This document shows, piece by piece, positions 40,313 through 51,141 of a DNA stretch of 64,000 bases. A model generated the notes under the pieces. The model was not told where the DNA came from. It searched no databases and saw only the letters and a list, made by a program, of their open reading frames with translations. The stretch lies in contig NC_058383.1 in NCBI RefSeq assembly GCF_018350175.1, forward strand, positions 31,126,001 through 31,190,000. Reading direction: 5' to 3'. The DNA comes from Felis catus (taxonomy: Eukaryota). The stretch's first letter is position 1. Every line of letters starts with the position of its first letter. The position numbers and the translations under genes are program-made.

Positions 40313-42614
40313 CCTGCAAACAAAACTAACTCCCGCTTTGGCACTGAAAGAAACAAAAAAAAACAATCACAAGAGCCTTGAGCTTTCTACAAGCCCAGGT
40401 GGTTTCAGAGAACTACCCCTTTCACATCCCTACTGCTTAGAGTGTGGGTCAGGAACCCAAGGCATCAACAGCACCAGGAGCTTGTGAGAGACACCTGCTG
40501 ACAGGCCCCACCCAGCCACGATCGCCATGGGCACTGGTGGAGACATTCGGGTTTGAAGAAGGCTGCTCTAAACCTCTACCACCACCAGCCACCTTGGCTA
40601 CACCCTGGAATTACTTACTGGGGCAGGGTGGGTTTTGCTGCCAGTGATTTGGACGTAATTGGTCTGGAGGGGCAGCGTGGACAGGTTTTTCCTAGGGGAC
40701 GGGGGGGGGGGGGGGGGACGACTCTGGGAGGGTTGGGTAGACACAGTTTTCAAAGCTCCCCTGGTGAATGTAATATACAGCCAAGTCTAAGCGAGGCATT
40801 TAGCACTTCAACCCCAAGAATTCTTTATTAGAAAGTTAGTTACATCTGAGCAACATCAGGCTAGATTAACTCCAGACAATGACTCTTTGCAAGCTTGGAC
40901 GGAGGCATAATTTACTTCCACGAAAACACTAACGACCATGGCTGGCTTCTCCTAAGTACTTACTCAGGGTACTCACTGCGCTTAGCCCTCTTCATTCATT
41001 AGCTCTTGAATAGTATCTGTAAGAGTGAGAAGATTATCCCAGTTTTCTACATGAGAAGCATTAGGGGTACAATTACCACCCGAAATCACACAATACAAGT
41101 GGCCAAAGTATTTGCATGACCTTCAGACGGAGTTTCTCACTCACCTTACCCTACTCTTGACCTTGAGAAGGAGGGCTCCAATGCAAGACTTGCCCCAGAC
41201 CATTACACTACGCTTCCCGCTAAGAAGGGCCAAGTCTACTGGAATACAAGCAAAAATGTCAGCCAAAAGGTTAAAATCTTTACATACATACATATACATA
41301 CATACACACATATATATGAAGGTATCTATATATCTGCCCCTCCATTGTCACACCTACAGGTTACAGCCAGCTGCATCTGGTCTCTGACTCCATCCTTCAC
41401 TGAATTTCGGAAGCATTAAACTTCAGGAAACCGGCTCCCCCTGACCATCTTGTCTCCAGCCCCGACGTGTGCGTCTTCTACTCCTCCCTGCTCCACCCCA
41501 TGCACTTAACTCTCCTTGGCTGCTCCGGGGTAAGTCATAAAGGACTGTCAGCCGCTGACAAGGGCTTGTGGAGAATGACGAAGAGCACACCTTATTCAGC
41601 TAATGCGACTCAGCCAAGTATAAGAACCAGCGACCTTGGGGAAAGCAAGCTTCGTGTTCAAGGGGAAGTGAGGGACAAGAGCACCAGAGTAGGCTGGCAC
41701 ACACAGCGGGGGCTCCACAGAGAATTCAGTGTGGTCATGGTCTAGTTCTTGGCTAAAGACTCTCAAGGACTCAAGCAAGTGAAAATGGACCAGAAGGCTC
41801 CTCAACACCCAGTTCTGATGGCACATTTGCAAATGGCATTGGAATGCCTCCTAGAGGTGTGGACGTTGGTGCTTCTAAAGCCCCCCTGGTGACTATGGTG
41901 GGCAGGTGGGCGGGGGGGGTGCAGAGACACCGGCAGTCCTGGTGGCCAAGGCAGCCCCACATCCAGAGCAACCTACATCCCATTGTCCTTTCAACTGTCC
42001 TAGGACCCTTCACATGGGTGCAACGTTCATCTACAGTCTGAGTCTACAATTCATTTCACATACACACAACATACTAGTTTTTACCCAAGAATCCACCCAC
42101 GTACACTCTGCTCTGTCATTTTCTGTTCTTATCAAGAATGCCTGGTGATCTTCTTACTGTACTGCCTTTAAAACCAAATCCATGCGTTGTAAGTAGGTGC
42201 AAGCACTCAACCGCATCATGTTCTCCATCAAAGCCATGCCCGGCCAATAATATATTGAAATCTACCTTTTATTACATGTTACTTTCCTCAGCCTTCTCCT
42301 TCATAGTAGTTAGGGAGTTATACTCAATTTTAAATAATTAGCTCCCATCCATAGGTTATTGTAACTGTGCATTTCAATGCAGTAAAGGGGACCTTATTAA
42401 AAATTTTTTCCCAAATATTTATTTTAAAAAAAGAATAGAGATTCTTCTAGAGCCTGAGAACCCCAAGTCCACAAGATTCGGTGACTGCTGACGAGGTCAA
42501 ATTATCACTGGACATTAAGATCCAACCAAGGAAAGACAGAAAAGAGGAAGTAGGACCTGCGTGTGACCTTCTCAACGCTGACTATTGGACTCTTGGGATT
42601 AAAAACATCACCAG

Positions 42615-42750
42615 TGTGGGTAGGGCGGCACCTATATGATGAGCACTGGGTGTTGTATGTAAGTGATGAATCACTGAATTCTACTCCCAAAATGACTATC
42701 GCACTGTATGCTAACTAGAATTAAAATAAAGACTTGCTAAGACAAAACAA
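42615..42750 (+). mobile_element. Short carnivore L1 3'-terminal fragment
   Basis: gatgagcactgggtgttgtatgtaagtgatgaatcactgaattctactcc, homologous to the L1 ends at about 20030, 25590 and 33900. Confidence 0.88.
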
Positions 42751-44774
42751 AACCATCAATGCCTTCAGATGGACGTTGAAGACACATTGTGTCCTTTTCC
42801 ACAAAAAGCATATTCATCTCATTTTTCTAATTTAACAATGAGAAAAAGGCAGACAGACTTAGGGCAGAAACAGATTTAAAGCCTTCATAGAAAGCCAATC
42901 AAAGTCTCCCAAGGGACAGCGAGTGGAATGACAGGATCGAGGCTCCCAAGATCCTCATCCAGCCTTCCCTTACAGATGGTGTAGTACAGTTCTGGCCACC
43001 AACAGGACACTGTCACAGCAGGCAACTACTCGGCAGCCCCACAGAGACCAATAAAGGGACGCTGGGCACACAGGGCGGCAAAAATCACACCGGGAGGAGC
43101 TGAAGGTCAAGTGAAGGCCAGTGAGAGGACAAAGGCTCTGAGGTACTCACTGCAGGGAGAAGCTGGGATAAGGCAAGAACCCGCAAGCTCTTGTTCTAGC
43201 CTCGGCATCTGTAGCCACCCATGGCCAATGCGCCAGCTAAGAAGAAATCAGGGACCACGTAGGGAGCGTTTACAAGGAGCCTGGAGCTCTGCTCAGGGCT
43301 TGAGGAGCAAAAAAGCTCATGTCCTCGTCCCCACCAACTTAGGCCAAAGTGCAACAGACAGGATTTATCTGCCCGTCGCCGCATGGCAGTCAATCATGGC
43401 CTTCTGCTCGCTGCTGCCCACAACAGGCCCAGTGCAGTCGAAGATGTTCTACCTGGACATCAGGACAGAGTCTCTGCTCTTCAGATCCTGCACGAGGCTT
43501 GGCGTTAGCAGAGGCCCTCTTTACTGCTACGTGCCAAGGCCCTGCCCAAGAACACTAACAGAGAGGACACAGGGCCAAGGGCAGAGCAAGGACCTCCCGA
43601 GAGAACCTGGGTCCTGAAGAGAGGGACCGGTCACATCAACATAAAATTGCCCTGTTGATCCAAGCTAGTTTGGTTCGGGTTCCTACAGCCAAAAGCTTAG
43701 TGACATTGGTTAAGATTATCATGCATCAGTTCACAGACAGGGAAAGGGAGACGTGAGGATGTGCGAGGTGGCCCAGCCAGGGGAAGGGTCGCTGCGCTGC
43801 TTCCCCAGCCAAGGGTCAGACACAGCCCTGGCACGCCAGCCATCACTACGACACATCACACAGTGTCCTGCTTTTCGTCCTCCCACGGGAGGCAGGGAGA
43901 GGACCCAGGCACACCCACCACCTCTTCCATTTTCAATAGACGAGGAACCAGAGGCTCTGAAGCGTAAAGGGAATGGCTCCATCACACAACAAGCAACACG
44001 TTCTTGTTCACACACCAAACGTCCTGAACAGGAGGTAAAGGTGTGACCAAGATTTATAGTGGGGCTGGTGCTGACGGAACACAGGAAGACAAGGCCTTGA
44101 GCAGGGCTCCATCAACCCACCGGGTTCCCCTCAGGGCATGGCCTCCACAGTCATGACCAGATGCGCGTCTCTTCACGGACCTGACAGGTTCATGGTTAAG
44201 GCAGCGATTTTACTTAGGTATGGAGGAAACACAACTCACTCCAATCCGCCATCATCCAAAAAAAGAAGCCTGGTCAGATAGGACTCGGGATTGTTAACAG
44301 AGAAGACCAGTTACAAAGAGGCCCAAGTAACAGAAGGAACGTATTAGTTCATGTAACTGCCAAGCCCAGAAGAACAACAGCTTCCGGAAAGGCTGGATCC
44401 AGGAGCTCGAGGTCTACCATTAGAACCTGCCAGGTTGTCTCCATTTTTCACTGTGTTGTTGCCATTTGGGGTCAGGATCTTCCCACATAGCAGCAAAGAC
44501 TGCACCCAACAACTCCTGGCTTATAGTATAACCTTCTCAAGAAGGCCCTCAAGAAGACCTCATCAACCTGGCTACATGACCTTCTGTGAGCCAATCACAG
44601 TGACCAGGAAACAGAACAAGCCGGCTGCCCAGGCCTGGTCCACCTACCCTGCTCTGGAACCCAGCTGGGCAGTGGTAGGGTCGTTTCCACCGAATCACAC
44701 ACAACGGGAACGAAGAACCACACCCACCAAGAAAGACTGGGATAGGGTCTACCCCAGGGGGTGAAAGAATCCTG

Positions 44775-45455
44775 GTGGGCATGGAGGGCAGCCTCCAAAC
44801 TGACCTCCAACGACCCCTGCCTCGTGGTCATCACATTCATGTGTAGACTCCTCCCACACTCAACCAGGGTTGATCTTTGGGACCACAGAGAACAGTGAAC
44901 CTAATAGGGTCTCACTCCCAACATTAGGTTGCAAGAGACACCGTGGCTTCCGGGTGGGAGAGGTGCTCTCGCTCTCTGCTTACTCACTCCGGGAAGCCAG
45001 CTGCTGTGTTGTGAGCAGTTCTACTCGAGAGGCCCTTGCGGCAGAAACACAGGCCTCTCACCAGCGGCCACACCAGTGAGCTCAGAAGCTGACCCTCGAG
45101 TCCCAGCCAAGCCATCAGAGGACTGCAGCCTTGTGATCGACTCTGACGGACCACCTCCCAGCTGAGCCATTCACAGATTCCCAACCCACGAGAATTGTAG
45201 AGGACCCTGGTTTTGCGTTTTAAACGGCCAAGCTTAGAAATAATTTTTTAGGGGCGCCTGAGTGGCGCAGTCGGTTAAGCGGCCGACTTCAGCCAGGTCA
45301 CGATCTCGCGGTCCGTGAGTTCAAGCCCCGCGTCAGGCTCTGGGCTGATGGCTCAGAGCCTGGAGCCTGTTTCCGATTCTGTGTCTCCCTCTCTCTCTGC
45401 CCATCCCCCGTTCATGCTCTGTCTCTCTCTGTCCCAAAAAATAAATAAACGTTGA

Positions 45456-45501
<46 letters not shown>

Positions 45502-45525
45502 TTTACACAGCAAAAGCTACCTAAT
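44775..45525 (+). mobile_element. MaLR LTR (MLT1F-like), split by a CanSINE
   Basis: gcagcctccaaactgacctccaacgacccctgcctcgtggtcatcaca...ctcccacact; 3' end ttttttacacagcaaaagctacctaata. Confidence 0.8.
45251..45492 (+). mobile_element. Young CanSINE (SINEC_Fc) with a (TAAA)n tail
   Basis: TSD aaataatttttta at 45238-45250 and 45493-45505. Confidence 0.97.
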
Positions 45526-46264
45526 AAAATGAGCCTAAACAGAAAACAGGCCAGCAATCGTCCAACAACCCAGGTCACTTGCTTCTCTCCCAGGCAGTTC
45601 TCACGGAAAGGTCTTCTTCCTGTGAACACCTGTCTCATCACTTGAGCATTCTTAATTCAGTAGGAAGGGAGGCAATCATTTAGGGACGGAGACTCACATG
45701 CCCTGACATGCTGCTGACGGTAAATACGACCACCTCAGGACTGAGCAGCGGCTTGGGGCCCTAAAAGCACTGGGCTGGTTTAATGACCTTGTTCTTGGCT
45801 GAGCCACGACAGCACCAAGGAAAGCCATTAATTTTGAGCAAAAAGGAATGTGATAAAATGCTGGATTTTTTCTGGGGTTTTTCACTTGTGCAACCACACT
45901 CAGAGCCAGTAAAACACACATCCACACGAACACCCTGAGTACTCCAATATATACAGCAGAAATAATTTCACTTCTTAGGGTCTGAAAGAGCCTAGCATTT
46001 AATTCTTTCTGCACCACTGCCATTAAAATTTAGGTTTTGATTAGGTAAGGTTTCTTAGTAATGTAATTATTGTACTAAAGAAAAATGATGGTAACATTTA
46101 CTGAGCATTTATGAGGCACATTTACTGAGCCGACATATGGGTTCTCATTTAATCCTGCAACAACGGTGAGGTACAGGATTTTCTTATCCTCATCTGACAG
46201 CTAAGAAAACAAAGAATTTAAGGAGCACCTGGGTGGCTCATTCAGCTAAGAGTTTGACCTTGAA

Positions 46265-46460
46265 GGGAGTCTGGGTGGCTCAGTAAAGTATCCGACTTCG
46301 GCTCAGGTCACCATCAGGTGGTTTGTGGGTTTGGGCTCCAAGTTGGGCTCTGTGCTGACGGCTCAGAGCCTAGAGCCTGCTTCGGATTCTATGACTCCCT
46401 CTCTGTCTGCTCCTCCCCCACTCTCTCTCTCTCTCAAAGATAAATAAACATTAACAAAAA
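46265..46460 (+). mobile_element. CanSINE nested in the head of the host SINE
   Basis: TSD aagagtttgacct-tgaa (46248-46264) / aagagtttgactcttgaa (46461-46478). Confidence 0.92.
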
Positions 46461-46605
46461 AAGAGTTTGACTCTTGAATTCAGCTCAAGTGATGATCCCA
46501 GGACTATAGGATCGAATCCCATGTTGGACTCTGCACTGAGCATGGAACCTGCTTAAGATCCTCCCTTCCTCTCTCCTTCCCTTCCTTCCATTCACACCCT
46601 CTCTT

Positions 46606-46819
46606 TTTTAAAAAAAAAATTTTTTTAGTGTTTATTTCCAAGGCAGAGAGAGACAGAGCATGAGTGGGGGAGGGGCAGAGGGAGACACAGAACCCAAAGC
46701 AGGCTCCAGGCTCCGAGCCATCAGCAGAGAGCCCAATGTGGGACTTGAACTCACGAACCATGAGATCATGACCTGAGCAGAAGTCAGTCGCTCAACCGAC
46801 TGAGCCACCCAGGTGCCCC
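46606..46819 (-). mobile_element. CanSINE nested, in inverted orientation, in the CT tract of the host SINE
   Basis: TSD cattcacaccctctctt (46589-46605) / cactcgcaccctctctt (46820-46836). Confidence 0.93.
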
Positions 46820-47488
46820 CACTCGCACCCTCTCTTAAGTGAGGGGGAAAAAAAAAAGCTTTTCTTTTCCACTCATGGGCTAAAATTCTCCCCAGAATTA
46901 TCAGGTCCTGAAACACACTTACTGTAAAATACACCTAACTGCTTGTGTCTAGGGCCTCACGTCCTTTCAAATACAATCATTTTGTCCTTTCTGTTGCATA
47001 CGACCATCCTAGTTCGCAAACGAGGAAATGCATACTCATTCCCACTAAGAAATCACCCAGAAACACACAACCTGCAAGCGATGCAGCCTAAGCCGACTCC
47101 TGGCACAATCCAAGAACGATCGAGAACAGAAGTCTGTGGCTCAGAACCAGAGTCTCTATAGACGCCAACCTTTATTGTAAGCAAACACAATGATACCACG
47201 GTTTCCTGGCGTGGCCAGGCTAAATGGTGGTCCAGGGGAGAAAACCTAGGACTGGACTCATCATAGTCCTTTAACTGTCGGATGCTCTCGAGAGGTCACT
47301 GTAAAACATGAAGACGTTCTAATTAAAGTTAGATACGGGATCATGGCACCACCTCTCGAGGACATGTATGTAACAACTCCATTAGTGCCACATCACCCAG
47401 CAGCACCAGGGCAGTAAATGCTGCTATCGGTTACCGAGCTCTGGACTCCCCTACATACACAGACAGCCCCACCTCCTGGTCTTATTTT

Positions 47489-47695
47489 TAATGTTTATTT
47501 ATTTTGAGAGAGAGACAGAGAGAGCGCACGCACAAGCAGGGAAGGGGCAGAGAGAGCATGGGGAGAGAGAACCCCGAGCAGGCTCTGGACTGTCAGGGCA
47601 GAGCCCGATGCAGGGCTCAAATTCAGGAACCGAACATGACCCGGAGCTGAAATGAAGAATCGGACGCTCAACCGACTGACCCACCCACGTGCCCC
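47489..47695 (-). mobile_element. CanSINE, sense to SNX29
   Basis: TSD tggtcttatttt at 47477-47488 and 47696-47707. Confidence 0.94.
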
Positions 47696-48879
47696 TGGTC
47701 TTATTTTCAAGTAGCTTTAAAGAACCACCAATGAACTGCTTATCTTACCTACAAAAGGCAACAAACCCAAACTCAAATGTCCAACAAATGGAAGTTATTT
47801 TAACGTGGGACATTAACTCAATGACAGGCCACATCCGGGCATGTAAGTCATTAACATGAAAGGGAAGTGGTTCAGAGAAGCAGACTGACAAAGTGGAGTA
47901 CCTAACGATCTTTGCACGTGAACAAATTCAGGAAAATCCACATTTTTATCCGACTGGAGATTATGAGTTTTCTTTAATGAAATATAAACTAAATCACAGC
48001 CAAGGAAATAAAATGGCTCTTTAACAAGAAGAGGCTTAACCTTACTCTTCCTTAGGAAAACGCAGACGAAAATTCTGTCAGGGCCACTTTTTCCCGGTGA
48101 TGTTGTCCGGGACCCACAGAGGGGGACGCGGCCCCTTCGGGCCCAGACGGGCCGGAGCAGGCCTCTTGGCTGCTGTTCCAGGGTACATGTTGGCCCAGCC
48201 TCCGAGGAGAGGGGAGAGGTGCCCTCCACTCACCTTAGAAAACTACGGCACCTGGACCCAGCAATTCTACTTCTGGTAGTTTTTCCAATAAATATAGTCA
48301 TAGGAGAATCAAGTCACAAACGCAAATCACTGTGGCATTACTACAAACACCATTATCAGCAAAGGGTCACAAACCACTTCCAGTGGCTAGCAGTCGGCAC
48401 GCGGGTTGGATGAACTCTGGCGCAGACCGAGAAATGTCACGAGCTTTCACACAGCCGGCAGGCCCCCGGGCACCCACACAGAACAAGCTCCGTGAGGCCA
48501 AGTGAGTGCACTGTACAATACACGACCACTTTTCATGAAGGGGGGAGCGAGGGGGGAGGAGGAGGTGAAAAGAAGAAACGAAGTGGCCACATGGAGCTAA
48601 GGAGCGTCTCCAGAATCGCTCCCACGGCCCGCCTCCGGGGGGCCAGAGGGGCGGCTGGGGATCACTTAGCCCTACCTACTGCCCCTCGCGTTTTGAACCG
48701 TGGGCACACACATCATTCGGTACTTATGCAAAAAGTTACATGAAGGTTTCAAACGCGCTGATTTCCGTTGGTTTCTTCCTTTTCTTTTTTTTTTTCATTC
48801 CAAGCGCCAGTGAAGGCCGTGCCTGGGCTCTTACCCGGCCGCCGCCCACGCCCGCCTCTCGGGCCCTCCGCCCCCCTAC

Positions 48880-49008
48880 CTTGCCAGCGCCTGGACCTTC
48901 GTGACGTGCCGCTCTTCCTGCTCAGCCACCTTCTTTTTCAACGCGTCAACCTCCTGCCGGAGCGCAGCAGAATGCTCCATCTCACCGTCGAGCAGGTTCC
49001 GCAAAGAC
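48880..49008 (-). CDS. SNX29: Internal coding exon of sorting nexin 29 (129 nt; probably equivalent to human exon 13), coiled-coil region
   Basis: ...ctcttcccag|G TCT TTG CGG AAC ... GCG CTG GCA AG|gtaggg = SLRNLLDGEMEHSAALRQEVDALKKKVAEQEERHVTKVQALA(R), the C-terminal part of ORF 48876..49241. Resembles recalled human SNX29 SLRNLLDGEMEHSAALRQEVDTLKRKVAEQEERQGMKVQALAR. Phase 2 at both ends. Confidence 0.95.
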
Positions 49009-51077
49009 CTGGGAAGAGGGGGCCCGATCCGTTCAGATGCCGTCGGCAGAGTCCACCGGGCCAGAACACAGCTGTTTACGCAAGTCCTAACCCCTCCATT
49101 TTCTCCAGGGGCCCCCGCAAACTGGAATCTCGCATCAGGGTATTTACAGAGATCCCAAACTCGGCTTAAGGGCCTCAGAGTAAGGAGGAGGACGTGGCCC
49201 GGGATCTGTGTCCCCGACAGCCTGTAGGATGGGCCCATCAAGGGGAGACAAAGAGTTCAGAGAATCCCAGGCAAGCCCCTTTCAAGGCATCCCACCCAAA
49301 GGGGCGGCACGTTAAGGGAGACCATTTTGTGACAGTCACTCCAGAAAAGAGACAGGAGCGGGTACCAGGACAGGCCACACGCGTCCTCTGAGACATCCGT
49401 GAGGAATACCGACAGAGGCCCACCCTCAACTCCAAAGCTGCCCCAACGTACGCTGTAACCCTGCCCCCTGCCATCTCCAGGTGAAAAAGACAGATACAAC
49501 GTTCTATGGAGCGGTCTAGTTAGACATCGCGTGGATCCCGTTTCACACTATGTTTGGGAGCTCGCCCTCCAAAATACGTCCATTTGTTGGTCACCCTTGG
49601 TCTTGCAAAGCAAACAAGATGGCAGCTCTTCCAGAAATAACCACAGGTTGCCGCCAAGGAGTGAGCCATACATGGTTCTGATGGTCTCGTGGACCTCAAA
49701 TGGCTATTTCTGGCAAACATGTACTGACTTTGGGGTACCTAACATCCTAAATCTGTACACATGCCAGCCCATACTAGGACAGATGCACAGGGATGGCGGT
49801 GAGCTTGGCACGCACCCAGCCCTGTCGCTCATTCAACTCTGAGGCCTGTGTTCCTTCAGGGTTTTGAGAAAATTCCCTTCCTGGGGCCCGGAACCCCCCA
49901 GCACAAACATGGTGCGGTTTTTGTTTTTGTTTTCTGGAAAGGAGAAATTAACAGACAGGGACTATTTTTCTTCATAAGGTAAGACAAAACCTATGGCTTC
50001 TTGCAAGAGAACAGTTCCAGCTGCAGCAAGGAAAAACAATGCTCTAATGTCTACAAGCCCCTCCTTTTAAAGCCCCTCCTTATTTTAGTTGGAAAATCGT
50101 GCTGTCTAAAGATCTCTTTTTTAAAAAATTATCTTTTGTTTTTAGAAATCATGCTTGTTTGCTTTTATGGGTTTCCATACAGGATGGGGAAGAAGCTTGG
50201 GAAGCAGGGCCCAAGAGGAGGTTTAAAAAGGACCATTGTGATGGGTTGGCACCACGGACACCGAATTCCTACTCTGAGGGAAAGAGTGAGAAAGCCCCAG
50301 GAACCCGCACGTGCAGGCTCACGTGGGCACCTGCCCGAACCCCCCAGGACACGGCACTGTCAAGCTCATAGAAGCCTCACCGACAACTGCGGGCAAATCC
50401 TTCCACCCACCGCCCTGTAGCCAAGACAAGGTCCTGGCGGTTGAGAAGTTCACGGTCAAGGCAGCCAGATGGCAACAACATGGCCATCTACCATTGGTTT
50501 CAACGGGAAGCCACACACGAACAGAGAGCCCTGCTCCTTTCTCCATCTGCAGGGGGCCTTACTCTGATCAAGCAGCTGGATTCCAGCCTGCCCTGGGTAC
50601 CCCCGATTCGAGAAAACTAAGTGTCTGAATGCTCGAACACGGAAAGATAGGCTCTCGGTTTGAAGATCATTCTAAAGACTGCTCTGGGGGGGGGGGGAAG
50701 GAGGAAGACTTCAAGGAGGGGAAAACGTTCTCAAGCGGAGCTTGGTGATGGCTGTGTATGTCCGCAAACACCGAAAACCACTCAACTGTACCCTTTAAGT
50801 GGGTCGATGATGTAATGTGTGAATTGTATCCCAGAGGCTCTTTTATAAGAGAAATTTTTTAAAAGACTGCTTTACCAAATTCTTAGTTTGTTCCAAAGTA
50901 GAGCCCGGATCGTAAGGTTTTCATCCCCTGCCAACAGTAAAGTGGCTCGTCTCACACTAAAAGGAACCACCGATCACAATTCTGTCACCCAAGCACACTT
51001 CCCTCCGTCTGGGACCCTCCACGTTCCCCAGGTGGGACGTCGGAGAGACGACCCTCCAGGCCTGACGGTCAGGCTAC
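49009..51077 (-). other. SNX29: SNX29 intron (2069 nt, GT-AG) between the two exons
   Basis: GT at 51077-51076 and AG at 49010-49009 on the minus strand; the joined codon AG+G = Arg keeps the frame. Confidence 0.9.
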
Positions 51078-51141
51078 CTGTTCTCTTCCTCCAGCTCGTC
51101 TTTCCGGGTCATCATGGCCACGATGGCTTGGCGCAGCTCAT
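51078..51141 (-). CDS. SNX29: Internal coding exon of sorting nexin 29 (64 nt; probably equivalent to human exon 12)
   Basis: Minus strand reads pyrimidine tract ...cttccctcag|AT GAG CTG CGC CAA GCC ATC GTG GCC ATG ATG ACC CGG AAA GAC GAG CTG GAG GAA GAG AAC AG|gtagcc = ELRQAIVAMMTRKDELEEEN(R). This resembles recalled human SNX29 ELRQATVAMMNRKDELEEENR and splices in frame to the next exon. Confidence 0.93.

Larger units (their letters stand above)
46222..46857 (+). mobile_element. Older CanSINE hosting two nested CanSINEs
   Basis: Host pieces 46222-46264, 46479-46605 and 46837-46857 join into one SINE once the inserts are removed. Confidence 0.85.

Noticed and set aside
40701..40717. G17 homopolymer
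   Set aside because: Could form a G-quadruplex, but it is isolated, sits in a probable MER5-like relic, and homopolymer length is error-prone.
49009..49241. N-terminal part of ORF 48876..49241 as coding
   Set aside because: It lies upstream of a clear pyrimidine-AG acceptor, and resemblance to SNX29 starts only at 49008.
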